Part shown: piece after piece, positions 31,571-43,973 of the stretch
Position numbering within the stretch: the stretch's first letter is position 1
Layout: every line of letters begins with the position of its first letter
IMG/VR virus record: IMGVR_UViG_3300035034_000461
Span: 1-64,000 of that record
Length of the DNA stretch: 64,000 bases
DNA from: a virus
Direction: 5' to 3' (one strand)
Made by a program: the position numbers and the translations under genes
The notes under the pieces: generated by a model
The model's input: the letters and a program-made list of their open reading frames with translations, nothing else
What the model was told of the DNA's origin: nothing
The model's database searches: none

Positions 31571-32291
31571 AAGATTAATAACTCATCTTTTAAAAAAGCT
31601 CAGAAGCTTATATACAAATGGGTGAAGACGAAACAGATTACATTCAGAGAATTTACAACTTTATGTGAGTGTAATAGAAATGCGATTTAATTATAAAAAC
31701 TAGGATACAATAACGACATGCGAGATCAAAATTACATTAACAAATACATCGAAAGTATTCCGAGCTATGAACTTAGGAATGTCATGAAAAATTTAAAGAT
31801 GAATTAATTAAACACTTACAAATATGACAACCGAAGATAGAGAAATAGTTAAGATGATGGAACAATATGGGGGGAGCTTTGTTAAGTCTCTTACTCGCGC
31901 AATCTATTGTGCAGACACTAATAATTTTCAAAAGATTAAGGATGCATTCCCCGAATTGTGGGTAAGATACAGAGAATTTGTGAAGGAAGACATTAGTGAA
32001 CTACCCACGGCACAAGGCCATGGGCGTTCACAAATGATGAATTAGTAAAAACTAGGACATACTCACATCATGCAATACAAACTTACACACGCTCAAACAC
32101 TTCCATTCTCTAAACGGAAAGGAGTAGATTCTGATGCAGTTTATAATTTCCTATGCACAAGACACTATGCGTCATACATTGACAACTTCGCCAATGTATC
32201 CATGGATGCTCTTTTGTATAAGTGGAATGAGGCGACCCTAAAGGCGATCCAAGATGGACTCAAAGTGTAAAAACTAGAATATAATAACGAC

Positions 32292-33185
32292 ATGACAAAG
32301 ACAAGCGATCTTAGAAAAATGGTGGAAGCTGATAACGCAGAAAAGAATCTGACAGTTTCCAAAAACAAATTCAAATCCTTTGCGGATTCTCAATCATGGT
32401 CAAATGATCAAGTTATTGAATCTTATCGGAAAATTGGAGAGGCGACTACAGTAGCTGATGAAACTCATAAGAAGTTTATCAAGATCGGCCCAGCCAAACG
32501 TGATGCGGCAAAAGTTCTTCATAAGAAACTAGAGGATTATGGAATGTTCATTGCTTCTCAAGGTGGATACTATTCAGGATCAGTATCACAAACGGTATTC
32601 TTTCAAGATCGTCCATCTGCACATACTACGGTATCTTCTGGTGAACAATACTCAAGAGGTTGCACGTATCGCAAGAATGATGCAGATCATATCGTTGAAT
32701 TCAATATGGATAATGCAAAGACTTTAGACGCGAATTGGGATATTGTGGAACTCTCTAAGAAAGATAGTCTATATATCATTGATATCAAAAAGCTAAAAAG
32801 TGGAGCGTTTGAATGTGTTTGGGTGACAATTAAGAATAAACAAATTGTATCCGAAAGAGGATTTGTTGCTAAAATCGGAGACATGCTATATCATAGCACG
32901 AAATCTGAAAAACATGCTTTGGATGGTATCAAACGCAAACATACCATGAACAAGAAAAACAGTCGGGAGAATGTTTTAAGCCGCCTTAAAAACTCTTCGG
33001 AGATTACTATGGGGGATGTTCGTAAACTTACAGGATGGTGTTCTGCGGGATGTAAGGCATGGGTGGAACGTTACATGGATGGGAAGAGTAGAGCAAAGCG
33101 TGAAGAGGTTGTGGAAGCTGCTAAGAAAGCCAAAGATAACGGGGATACATATGCGCCTAGGTTACTGGATCTTCTTGGTGTGTAG
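32292..33185 (+). CDS. Hypothetical protein
   Basis: 297-aa ORF; ATG at +24; LTGWCSAGC motif. Confidence 0.7.
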   Translation: MTKTSDLRKMVEADNAEKNLTVSKNKFKSFADSQSWSNDQVIESYRKIGEATTVADETHKKFIKIGPAKRDAAKVLHKKLEDYGMFIASQGGYYSGSVSQTVFFQDRPSAHTTVSSGEQYSRGCTYRKNDADHIVEFNMDNAKTLDANWDIVELSKKDSLYIIDIKKLKSGAFECVWVTIKNKQIVSERGFVAKIGDMLYHSTKSEKHALDGIKRKHTMNKKNSRENVLSRLKNSSEITMGDVRKLTGWCSAGCKAWVERYMDGKSRAKREEVVEAAKKAKDNGDTYAPRLLDLLGV

Positions 33186-33384
33186 AAACTAGGATAATAT
33201 AAAGCTATGAAATGTCCGAAATGTGATAATGCGAAAGACTGACATTTGGATCAGGAGAACTTGATTTTTATGGATATTGGGAATTCCCATGTGATTATCA
33301 TGCTAGGGAACATGAGAAGAAATATCCCGAAGATGGCGAACAATGGCCACCCCCAATTGGTAAAAACTAGGATACAATAACACC

Positions 33385-34362
33385 ATGCTATTAAACACAC
33401 AAGAAACAGGATTCACCAAATGCTCAGAGGTTGCCATTCCCGATGGCTTCTACAATCGTATGTCCACGGGATGTGATGAAATTGATCTGATGTTTGGAAC
33501 TGAAGAGTTTCGGGGATTTCTTCCGGGATCTGCTATCACCATTACGGGAACTCCCGGGGCGGGAAAAACTACAATGCTTTGTCAAGTTCTCGAAATGCTT
33601 AACAAGAACGGTAAAAAAACCGGATATGCTTCGGGGGAAGAGGCTCAATTTCAAGTAGCCTATACCACCAAACGTCTCGGAGTTACTGATATCGATATCG
33701 CTCATATTAAAGATGTTGAAGTGATTGCAGAGGCCATGAAGTCATATGATGTTATGGTTATTGATAGCTTTCAAGCTCTCCGTTCCAATAACGAAAAACT
33801 TGGTAAGAAAGCCTTTCTACAATATGCTCAAGATACACTATTGAATGCAGCTAAGGATAATGAATGCACGTTGATTTTCGTTCTCCATATTACTACTGGT
33901 GGACTTCCTAAAGGTGGCACTGATATTATTCATGCGGTGGATGTCAATGTAAGTATCACAGTTGATAAAGATGATAAAACTATCCGAGTGATTAATATAT
34001 ATAAAAATCGCTTTGGAGCTACAAAACTTCATAAAGCGACTATGACGCATAAAGGCTTCGACTTCCAAGGTGAGTATGTTCCCCCTTCCGATGACGCAAA
34101 AGAGGATACTAAATCTCCTCGTAAGCCAATGAGCGAAGAGCGTGAAGAGGTCGTCATGGGTATCACAGAGCCTCCTCACATCACTCTGCCAAGGGTCATG
34201 CAAGACTTGGGGGTAGGTGGTCAAACGGCTGGTATCCTCCTACGTGAGATGGTAGGTAAGGGCAAGCTTAAAAAGTATGGGAGAGGTGCGGAAGCGATCT
34301 GGAAATTTTGCAAAGTTGGTCAAGACATTTATAACAATTATAAAGAAACACAAAAAGTTTAA
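33385..34362 (+). CDS. RadA/Sms-like RecA-fold ATPase
   Basis: GTPGAGKTT, YASGEE, VIDSFQ, H.VD, KNRFG. Confidence 0.85.
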   Translation: MLLNTQETGFTKCSEVAIPDGFYNRMSTGCDEIDLMFGTEEFRGFLPGSAITITGTPGAGKTTMLCQVLEMLNKNGKKTGYASGEEAQFQVAYTTKRLGVTDIDIAHIKDVEVIAEAMKSYDVMVIDSFQALRSNNEKLGKKAFLQYAQDTLLNAAKDNECTLIFVLHITTGGLPKGGTDIIHAVDVNVSITVDKDDKTIRVINIYKNRFGATKLHKATMTHKGFDFQGEYVPPSDDAKEDTKSPRKPMSEEREEVVMGITEPPHITLPRVMQDLGVGGQTAGILLREMVGKGKLKKYGRGAEAIWKFCKVGQDIYNNYKETQKV

Positions 34363-34599
34363 GATATGAATCATACTGATAAATTCGATGGAAAAGCTCC
34401 TCCCACGGTGGAGAATGTTATTAAGATTCTTAATGAACTTCCCAAAGATTTGATATGTCACTTTAGACCAAAGTATCACGGTGATATGTCATGTTTCGAT
34501 GAGATACCTCTAAACATGCATGGAATTGCAATTCTTGAAGACGAGAATGGAGAAGATCGGGTGACATTTTTAACATAAAAACTAGAATACAATAAGGAC

Positions 34600-34860
34600 A
34601 TGAAAACAATCGCACAACAACTAAACATTACGTACTTTCCGTTTACTATCAAAGATAAGAACGGCAATCAGACTTACTTCGAAAATTCCAACGGATATTG
34701 GTTCAAACGTGAATTCGATTCGAACGGCAAAGAAATTTACTTCGAAAATTCCGATGGCGATATCCTCGATAACAGACCGAAGAAGCATGTCACTCTCACC
34801 ATAAAGGAAATTGCCGACAAGCTCGGAGTCGATGTAAAAACCCTTCAAATCAAAGACTAA
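34600..34860 (+). CDS. MKTIAQQL 21-aa-repeat family protein
   Basis: Paralog, 86 aa; ATG at +24. Confidence 0.9.
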   Translation: MKTIAQQLNITYFPFTIKDKNGNQTYFENSNGYWFKREFDSNGKEIYFENSDGDILDNRPKKHVTLTIKEIADKLGVDVKTLQIKD

Positions 34861-34863
34861 TAT

Positions 34864-35310
34864 ATGAAAACAATCGCACAACAACTAAACGTTACGGACT
34901 TTCCGTGCATCATCAAAGATAATAACGGTAAAGAAACTTACTACGAAGTTTCAGGCGGATATTGGATTAAGCGTGAATACGATTCGAACGGCAATCAGAC
35001 TTACTACGAAGATTCGACGGGATATTGGGACAAACGTGAATTTAATAAAAACGGTAAAGAAACTTACCACGAAAATTCGACGGGATATTGGAACAAACGA
35101 GAATTCGATAAGAACGGTAAAGAAACTTACTACAAAGATTCGACGGGATATTGGGACAAACGAAAATTTAATAAGAACGGGAAAGAAATTTACCACGAAA
35201 ATTCGACATCTGGCGTTATCACCGGCAATAGACCAAAGGTAACTCTCACACTACAAGAAATCGCCGAAAAGCTCGGTATCGATGTAAAAACCCTTCAAAT
35301 CAAAGACTGA
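34864..35310 (+). CDS. MKTIAQQL 21-aa-repeat family protein
   Basis: Paralog, 148 aa. Confidence 0.9.
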   Translation: MKTIAQQLNVTDFPCIIKDNNGKETYYEVSGGYWIKREYDSNGNQTYYEDSTGYWDKREFNKNGKETYHENSTGYWNKREFDKNGKETYYKDSTGYWDKRKFNKNGKEIYHENSTSGVITGNRPKVTLTLQEIAEKLGIDVKTLQIKD

Positions 35311-35414
35311 TATTATGAAACTACTACTCCTTGCATCTTCTGCCGCTGTATCGTCAAGCGACGCGCATGGGAGCTTGAGCTTTGGAATCGCGGAAACACA
35401 CAAACAGTAAAAAG

Positions 35415-35972
35415 ATGAAAGAACATCTAATGATTGATCTCGAGACGCTCGGGACGGTATCAAACACGGTCATCACCAGCATCGGTGCAGTGTTATTCGA
35501 TTCAAACGGGCGAGTAATCGATGAATTTCATTCAGACGTGTCGATGGCATCGTGCGTAGATCTTGGTATGAAGATCGATCCAGCCACGATGTCTTGGTGG
35601 ATGGGCCAAAGCAAGGTCGCTCAGGCTCACATCGTTCTACCAGACGAGACCAAACGCACACTCGGCGAAGCTCTATTACACCTTTCTGACTTTCTCCATG
35701 AGGTTGCGGCCGATCCGAGCGAAACCAGAGTATGGGGCAACGGAGCTTCGTTCGATAACTCGATGATGCAATATTCTTACAAATTGGTAGGTGAGGAGTT
35801 GCCGTGGAAGTTCTGGAATGATCGCTGTTTCCGCACGGTGAAGAATATATGTGGACATATTAAGCCCGATCCGCGCCTTGGAACTCACCACGACGCCTTA
35901 GACGACGCGAAGCATCAGGCTAGTCACCTCATCAAAATCTCTCGAGCGTACCCAAATGTCCTCGACACATAG
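35415..35972 (+). CDS. DEDDh 3'-5' exo(ribo)nuclease (Rv2179c-like)
   Basis: MIDLETLG, VWGNGASFD, RCFRT, HDALDDA. Confidence 0.9.
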   Translation: MKEHLMIDLETLGTVSNTVITSIGAVLFDSNGRVIDEFHSDVSMASCVDLGMKIDPATMSWWMGQSKVAQAHIVLPDETKRTLGEALLHLSDFLHEVAADPSETRVWGNGASFDNSMMQYSYKLVGEELPWKFWNDRCFRTVKNICGHIKPDPRLGTHHDALDDAKHQASHLIKISRAYPNVLDT

Positions 35973-36045
35973 TTGAAAATAATGAAATTAGTGGTGTACA
36001 AACCGCTGAAAGTATGGTAGAATTATCTAGTAAGGAAACTATATT

Positions 36046-36426
36046 ATGAAAACAATCGCCCAACAACTAAACGTTAAGGATTTTCCATTTATCATCAAAG
36101 ATAAGAACGGTAAACGAACTTACTCTGAAGATTCGACGGGGTATTGGAGCAAACGAGAATATGATAAAAACGGTAAACAAACTTACTACGAAGATTCCAA
36201 CAGATATTGGTGCAAACGAGAATTCGATAAGATCGGGAATCAAACTTACTTCGAAGATTAGACGTATTGGAGCAAACGAGAATCTGATTCTAACGGCTGC
36301 GAAATTTACTTAGAAGATTCGACATCTGGCGTTATCACCGATGACAGACCGAAGGTAACTTTCACTATCAAAGAGATCGCCGAAAAGCTCGGTATCGATG
36401 TAAAAACCCTTCAAATTAAAAAATAA
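36046..36426 (+). pseudogene. MKTIAQQL family copy with internal TAG
   Basis: TAG at 36259 replaces the conserved TCG; frame continues to KEIAEKLGIDVKTLQIKK*. Confidence 0.8.
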
Positions 36427-36452
36427 TTTCATAAGTTAAACACTTATATCAT

Positions 36453-36529
36453 TCTCCTATAGCTCAATCGGTTAGAGCGTCATTTTCATAAAGTGGGGGT
36501 TCTTGGTTCAAGTCCAAGTGGGAGAACCA
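36453..36529 (+). tRNA. tRNA with CAT anticodon (probably Ile2)
   Basis: Cloverleaf TCTCCTA/TGGGAGA, loop TTCATAA, GGTTCAAGTCC, encoded CCA; abuts tilS. Confidence 0.85.
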
Positions 36530-36549
36530 ATTTTAATATATATATAAAC

Positions 36550-37164
36550 ATGATCAAAGTATTTCCAGACATCCCCAAAAAGTTTACCTTACTGGTATCT
36601 GGTGGCGTTGATAGTGTGGTGGCCTGCGTGTGGCTCAAAAAAGTATATAGAAAAGAATTTGAAGTTCTCCACTTCAATCATAATATACAAGAGTCAAATC
36701 GGTTCATGGAAAGTTCAGTATTGAGCCTATGTAAAGATTTGAATATCAACATTTCGGTGATATTCAAGCCAAAGGGGGGGGATGTATCGGAAAATAGTCT
36801 GAGAGCTTGGAGACTTTCAAATTTAAAATCCATCGGTGGAAACTTCATAACGGCTCATCACATGGGAGATGTAAAGGAAAACTATCTTTCGAATTGTATT
36901 AAGGGTCATGGTGGTCACGTTCCCATCGCAAAGCATACTGACCTCAATTCATACACAAAAGTATATCATCCATTTCTACTGACAAATAAAGACGACTTCG
37001 TTGAATACGCTAAAAATGAAAAATTGCGACGATACATTGTAGAAGATCCCACAAACACTTCCATGTGTCACACGAGAAACTGGATCAGAAAAATGATTGG
37101 AGAGATGGAAGATCGTGGACTTGGCATGGAGAAAATGATCAGGAGAAACTTTTATAAAAACTAG
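36550..37164 (+). CDS. tilS: tRNA(Ile)-lysidine synthase, catalytic domain only
   Basis: SGGVDS PP-loop, HFNH, TAHH..D, HPFL, EDPTN, RNWIR. Confidence 0.85.
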   Translation: MIKVFPDIPKKFTLLVSGGVDSVVACVWLKKVYRKEFEVLHFNHNIQESNRFMESSVLSLCKDLNINISVIFKPKGGDVSENSLRAWRLSNLKSIGGNFITAHHMGDVKENYLSNCIKGHGGHVPIAKHTDLNSYTKVYHPFLLTNKDDFVEYAKNEKLRRYIVEDPTNTSMCHTRNWIRKMIGEMEDRGLGMEKMIRRNFYKN

Positions 37165-37181
37165 GATACACTAACGACACA

Positions 37182-40100
37182 ATGAACTACGACGAAATGA
37201 CATCAGATGAATTGTTTGAACTTGCGGAAAATAAAAAGCTGGAAGAATCAAATATCAAAACGGGGGAATTACAACTTTATGTGTGGGAGGAGTTTGAGCC
37301 TGATTACACAAGTGGACTAGCGTTTACTTTGGCTAGAAGCTTGAAAGATGCCAAGAGGCAAGTAATGGAAGAGCGAAACAGCTGTGATGTTTATGGTTGG
37401 GGGACTTTAACCGTTCATGGTCTAACCGATCCTATTACCTATCGGGTATCTGGGGGAGGCTAACTGATAAAAACTAGGATACACTAACGACACAATGAAA
37501 ACACTACAAAGTAACTGGATGGGTGGAGCAAGTCACGTTCCCACAAAATATCGCGCATCTTCCAAGGGTAAGATCTTCACTCGTAATGAGAGAATTTCTA
37601 TTATCCTCAACGAAGCTCACAGGGTGGAGGCCAAGATCAAACGCTTGGAACTTATCACCAAGGCTAAGGAAGAAGCTGCGAAGGAAAAGAACGCTCGCCA
37701 ATCTTTCTTCAAGGCTAATGCGGCAATGATGGAGAATCCTACTGCTAAGCTTCGCAAGAGTAAGGATGGATTCTTCCTACAAGGTCGTAATGAGCGGGGA
37801 TCTTTCCTTCCTAAGATCACTATCTAATATCATGGGCGCACATAGCACACTAAGATTCTCTAGGGGTAAAGCCATTGATTATATCAATCTAACGATGGCG
37901 AAAAATACCCTATCTGATAAGGACTTGGAACACCTTATGGATGTTCTACTAGAATCACAACTCTATAACTGTGCATCATCTCTGATTTTGATGATGATGG
38001 AAAAATAATTGAATAATAAAAACTAAAATACAATAACGACATGTGGAAACCATTTAAAAAGAACGTAGACAAGTTGGAAATCAAATTGGCGGGACTACTC
38101 GCATTGAAAACCAGTATGCGAGAAGTTATGAACGCCGCCAGGAAATCTACGTGGTATTATATTGAGGACTATGATAAGGTTGTCGTGAAAATTGCAGAAC
38201 TGGAAAAGGAAATCGAAATTCTTAAAAGATAATACTATGAATAACAATTTATTAGCTGTGGCAATATATATCATTAGTTCACTTATATTCCTTATAATTG
38301 GATTTATTGGAGGTAGTCGTTATGAGTTTACGCGAGTTATGGGGGAAGCTCATAAACTTGGATATACACAACACCTCATTAATTCGAAACATGAATCAAC
38401 GTATATATGGCGCGACTTCCACGATGTTGAAAAACATTATTCAGGATTGGAGGAAGAATTCCTAGAGGATTTACCCGAGTTTGAAGTGGATAGTAAAAAC
38501 TAGGATATCATAGGCTCATGGAAACGAGAACATTTGAAATCGAAATCGAAGAGGGGGAACTTGAAATTGTCAGCGGGGAAGTTAAGTCTCCACATGGAAT
38601 GTTAGAAGTGGAGGCGGTGATTAAATTCCATGCCGATTTGGTGACTGAACATCATGGGCAAAGCCTTTATGAATATTATCACACGGTGGAGGAAATCACA
38701 AGCATGGAACTATTCGATTGGGATGGCCAAGAGATTGATCTATCTGATGTTGAGGAAAAATTTCTATTTGAATATGTCAAAGAATCAATTGAAATCATGG
38801 ATATTGAGGAATAATAACGAGTAAAAACTAGGATAAAATAACACCATGATTGAATATACTAAAGTTCCCAAGGTTTCCGGTTCATCCATTCAAACGATTA
38901 ACATCTCAAAGGATGGTAAGTCATACGGTCAAATGTGGACATGGCCAAACACAAAAAATGAGACGCATCCATGGCATGTCAAATTGCTGAATAATACTCA
39001 CAATATTTCATATGCCATGCCAAAAGCCAAATCATTGAAGCAACTTAAAACATGGGTGGAAGCATAATGACACAAGATCGAATCACACTAATAAAAATCA
39101 AAGCTGATGAATCTAGGTTACAATCATATCCAACATTGAGAGTGGGACAATCTCTGATGAATTCTTTATATACCATTGATAAGGAACTATATAAAGATGT
39201 TATGTTAGATGGATGTGATCCTTTTTACGATGATCGAAAGATTGAAGCATTTTGGAACTTTTTAAAAACTAGGATAAACTAACACCATGACGACAATCGA
39301 AACGACACTATTTAGTTATACAGAACTATCCGAAGATGCCAAGAAATTGGTAATCCAAAACAAAATCAAATCTGCGGAAACGGATGATATGTTCTTACAA
39401 TATTCATCGGATAGCATGATGGATTCTCTCAAATCTATTACAGAATCTTGCAGTCTCAAAATGGTGGACTGGTGCTTTGGCTCATACTCTAGGAATTATT
39501 GTGTAAAGGTTCGTAATGATTACTACGAAGATCTGGAAGGCAATCGTGCAATCGCATGGTTTCTAAGGGTTCTAATTGATAATGGTTATAGCCGCCCTAA
39601 GAAGTTTAAAGATATGAAATTCAATGGAGTGTGTGGATTCACTGGAATGGGATATGATGAAGATATCTTAGAAACCATTTACGGGGAATTGCTTAATGGG
39701 AAAACCGTAGCTAAGGCATTTGACTCGGTAGGTAAGAAACTATCAGATATGCTATATGATGAATATGTATATCTAACAAGTGAAGAGGGTATCATGGATC
39801 ATCTCGACGAAAAAGAGGAAATCTATACAGAAGATGGAGAGGAATATTAACTTTTAACAATAAACAAATATAATAATATGGGATTTTTTTTCATGGAAAG
39901 CAAGTATATATCCTTTCCAAACCCAAGGGGACGATCAGGGGGTGGAAATTGCTTTATCTATCAGTGTAGGTAATGCGAGTTTCGACGTAAGAGATTTTGA
40001 GTAAAAACTAGAATACAATAGCACTATGAATATAAACGAAATGGAAGATGGTCAAGTGGGAATCGTGACTAAATGGGTTGATTTCACTCCGATGGTAGGA

Positions 40101-42378
40101 CAAATAGTCCAGAGGTATGGAAATAAGATAATCGTAATTGGAAAACACTCAGGAAAAACTTATACTAATATTTTGAGTTCTTCGAGTTCTTCGAATTTGG
40201 ATGGGTATACAGTAACTATTATCACGGAAATCAATGTCACTTACACGGAGACAATTACCAAAAATACAACAATCACTTTATAAAAACTAGAGTAAGATAT
40301 GGACATGATGAATATCCAATACGACAACACCGCAAAAGTCAAAGCTGAAGCAGATAGGAATGAAAATCTTATCAATCGTGTGGATGCCAAGGTGAAAGGG
40401 TTCGCTAAGTATAACACGCCTGAGTGTATTATCGGGAAGAATGCTTACAACGTCAACGGGTGCAAGGTTGGGAAAGTGGAAGCGGTATCCAGAGACTCTC
40501 TAGTTATCCGTGGTCAATGGCAACGGGTGGAAGAGTGGAAACCTACGCCATGGACTGCTGAAGAGAAGGAGGCGTATTGGAATCACCGCAAGGTGGAATC
40601 TGAAAGAATTCACAATCAAACGCAAATATTCTATTACAATCTAAGGGAAAAGGCAAAGCTTCGCAAGGAATTCACTGGCCGATAAAAAATAGGATATTAT
40701 AACGACATGTGGACAACTAAGAAATTTACAACCTCCAAAAAGCTCAAAGAGTGGACGGAAAATAATCATCACAAATACCAGATCGTGGAGATTGCAATTA
40801 ATAATGGATGGGCAGTTGATTACAAGATGCTGCGAATCATTGGGTAAAAACTACAACACACTAGCAACATGACAACGGAAGAGGTTCACAACAGTCTATG
40901 TTCCTATGATACCAGAAATACTTTATATGCGGACAACCTCGTGTGCCACGACGCTGGAGATATCCCTACGGCGCGGGAAGGTTGCTATTGCGATAATTGT
41001 TTCTCTGGAAGAGACGCGCTGGCAGTGGAAGTCTTAAGGTATCGAGAAAAACTTGGAGAGTGGACGGAAAATAACACCCACAGATACCAAACGTGTAATT
41101 AAATATTAGTATGTCCAGAAAAGTAAATCACTGGCCGATAAAAACTACAATAGACTGAGGACATGCAAGACAAACAATGTAACTGCTGTGAACCATTGGG
41201 TAAAAACTAGAATATAATAAGGACATGAAGATGACACTAAGCACACACGATATCGCACACGAACTTTATAACGATAATAATTCAGATTTTTCTTGGAACG
41301 GGGCAAACGCTCTCGCGGAATATCTGAGTCAACTGGAAGATGACATGGGGGAAACACTTGAATTTGATAAGGTCGGAATCAGTTGTGATTTCTCGGAATA
41401 TAATAGCCTTGTGGAATGGGCTAAGGATTACTTTTCAGACTGGAGAGAAGATCTTTATATTGAAGAAGATGCGGATGAAGATGATATTGATAGCGTTATC
41501 CAAGATTACATTTACGATCATGGCCAACTCATTGAATTTGACGGCGGAATCATCGTATCATCTTTCTAAGATAACTCTCTGATTATCAAAGAGTTAATAA
41601 AACGTAAAAACTAGAATACAATAACGCCATGACGAAAGAAGAACTTAGAGTAAAGTATCCTGACATTGCAATCGAAACCATTTGGGTGCAAGATCCATAT
41701 TTCAGTTGGGATGGAGATGGGGAAGATCCAAGGGGTAGTGGTTATTTTCCCTATGATGTGGAAGTAAGAGCTACGAGAATTACCAATGGGGAACTTGTGG
41801 AAGGATCTGCTCATATAGGAGGATCATATTCAAGGGAAGGTGAACATTGCCCTGATATTAATGGAAATTTCCGACAACTGGCACGGGAAGCAATTGAGAA
41901 TTGCCTTAAGGGAATTTAAGTTATGTTACACGGAAAAATAGATTTCATTCTAATCTTAACAGCCATAATTTTATTTCTTGTGGGAATGTGGCAATTCGCA
42001 CTACTAGCTCTCTTTATTATGTTTATCTTTTCATCATCTGATGATCGATCGTAAAAACTAGGATATACTAAGGACATGACAAACCAAGAAAAAGCACAAG
42101 AATTCAAATCAACCTGCGAAAAATACGGGTTCACTTATTCATTCACTCCTAGCGTGATCAGAGTATTTAAGACAATTCCAATTGGAGATCATATAGCCTT
42201 CCGTGAGTGTGATATGATGGTGGGAAGCGTTCTAAGTAAAGCTCCTCTAAGGGGTGGTAGTGAGTGGGGAACGGATGGAGGGAGTATCGGTGGAATGACT
42301 GCAATCAACACCGGAAAATTTCAAATGAATAAGTCCGGTTCTGGTAAGGCATTTATCAATGCACTAGCAAAGATCTAA
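37182..42378 (+). other. Run of about 18 small hypothetical genes, most with their own 24-bp element
   Basis: ORFs at 37182, 37495, 38041, 38518, 38846, 39287, 40026, 40305, 40869, 41225, 41629, 42076 start at +24 or +27 of an element. Confidence 0.75.
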
Positions 42379-42404
42379 TATAAAAACTAGGATAGAATGA
42401 CAAT

Positions 42405-43079
42405 ATGAAAACAATCGCACAACAACTAAACGTTAAAGACTTTCCGTATATCATCACAGATAAAGACGGTAATCAAACTTACTTCGAAGATACGTACGGA
42501 TTTTGGAACAAACGAGAATATGATAAAAACGGTAAAGAAACTTACTTCGAAAATACGACGGGATATTGGAGCAAACGAAAATTTAATAAGAACGGGAAAG
42601 AAATTTACCACGAAAATTCGACATCTGGCGTTATCACCGATGACAGACCAAAGACAAACTCAGAGTTCCTGCCAAACCCCTTCGCATCAAAGACTATTAT
42701 GAAAACAATCGCACAACAACTAAACGTTACGGACTTTCCGTTCATCATCAAAGATAATAACGGTAAAGAAACTTACTACGAAGATTCGAAGGGATATTGG
42801 CTCAAACGAGAACATGATAAGAACGGTGAACGAACTTACTACGAAGATTCGACGGGACATTGGGTCAAACGAAAATTTGATAAAAACGGTAAACAAACTT
42901 ACTACGAAGATTCGTACGGATATTGTTACAAAAGGGAATTTGATTCGAACGGTAAAGAAACTTACCACGAAAATCCGGATGGAAAGGTCATCGATAATAG
43001 GCCAAAGGTAACTTTCACTATCAAAGAGATCGCTGAAAAGCTTGGAGTTGCTGTAGAGACTCTAAGGATCAAAGAGTAA
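42405..43079 (+). CDS. MKTIAQQL family, fused double unit
   Basis: Two units joined by TNSEFLPNPFASKTI. Confidence 0.9.
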   Translation: MKTIAQQLNVKDFPYIITDKDGNQTYFEDTYGFWNKREYDKNGKETYFENTTGYWSKRKFNKNGKEIYHENSTSGVITDDRPKTNSEFLPNPFASKTIMKTIAQQLNVTDFPFIIKDNNGKETYYEDSKGYWLKREHDKNGERTYYEDSTGHWVKRKFDKNGKQTYYEDSYGYCYKREFDSNGKETYHENPDGKVIDNRPKVTFTIKEIAEKLGVAVETLRIKE

Positions 43080-43100
43080 AAACTAGGATATACTGAGGAC

Positions 43101-43337
43101 ATGCAAGACAAACCAAAGACATTCCGCAATTCTAAAGGTGAACAAGAAACCATCAAATGGCCAAAGGGTAAAGTCATTTCCAATGTGGGAGACGTTTATC
43201 TTATTCAACAAAGTAAGCACTTATTTGCCACCGTTTACGGATTGGAAGTGAAAGAAGGGTTTATATTAGACGACGCTATTTCATCCTTTGGATATTCCGC
43301 ATATCATCAAGCGGAATGCGAAGGACTCACTAAGTAA
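43101..43337 (+). CDS. Hypothetical protein inside the array
   Basis: Bounded by two elements. Confidence 0.7.
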   Translation: MQDKPKTFRNSKGEQETIKWPKGKVISNVGDVYLIQQSKHLFATVYGLEVKEGFILDDAISSFGYSAYHQAECEGLTK

Positions 43338-43358
43338 AAACTAGAATACAATAAGGAC

Positions 43359-43970
43359 ATGAAAACAATCACCCAACAACTAAACGCTAAAGACTTTCCG
43401 TATATCATCAAAGATAAAGACGGTAATCAAACTTACTACGAAGATACGTACGGATTTTGGAACAAACGAGAATTCGATAAAAACGGCAATCAGACTTACT
43501 ACGAAGATTCGACGGGATATTGGGACAAACGTGAATATGATTCGAACAGTAACCAAACTTACTTCAAAATTTCGACATCTGGCGTTATCATCGATAACAG
43601 ACCAAAGACAAACTCAGAGTTCCTGCCAAACCCCTTCGCATCAAAGAATATTATAAAAACAATCGCACAACAACTAAGCGTCACAGACTTTCCGTTTCGT
43701 ATCAGAGATAAGAACGGGAAAGAAACTTACCACGAAGATTCAGACGGATATTGGTTCAAACGAGAATTCGATAAAAACGGGAAACAGACTTACTACGAAA
43801 TTTCGACGGGATATTGGATTAAACGTGAATTTGATTCGAACGGCAATCAAATCTACTTCGAAGATTCCCACGGAGGTATCATCGATAACAGACAAAAGAA
43901 TACTTTCACCATCAAGGAATTCGCAGACAAGCTTGGAGTTGCCGTAGAAACCCTGCAAATCAAAGACTGA
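43359..43970 (+). CDS. MKTIAQQL family, fused double unit
   Basis: Same linker as 42405. Confidence 0.9.
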   Translation: MKTITQQLNAKDFPYIIKDKDGNQTYYEDTYGFWNKREFDKNGNQTYYEDSTGYWDKREYDSNSNQTYFKISTSGVIIDNRPKTNSEFLPNPFASKNIIKTIAQQLSVTDFPFRIRDKNGKETYHEDSDGYWFKREFDKNGKQTYYEISTGYWIKREFDSNGNQIYFEDSHGGIIDNRQKNTFTIKEFADKLGVAVETLQIKD

Positions 43971-43973
43971 TAT

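Noticed and set aside
36259-36261. Stop-codon reassignment (TAG readthrough)
   Set aside because: Single case with adjacent decay; TAG, TGA and TAA all end intact genes elsewhere; no suppressor tRNA seen
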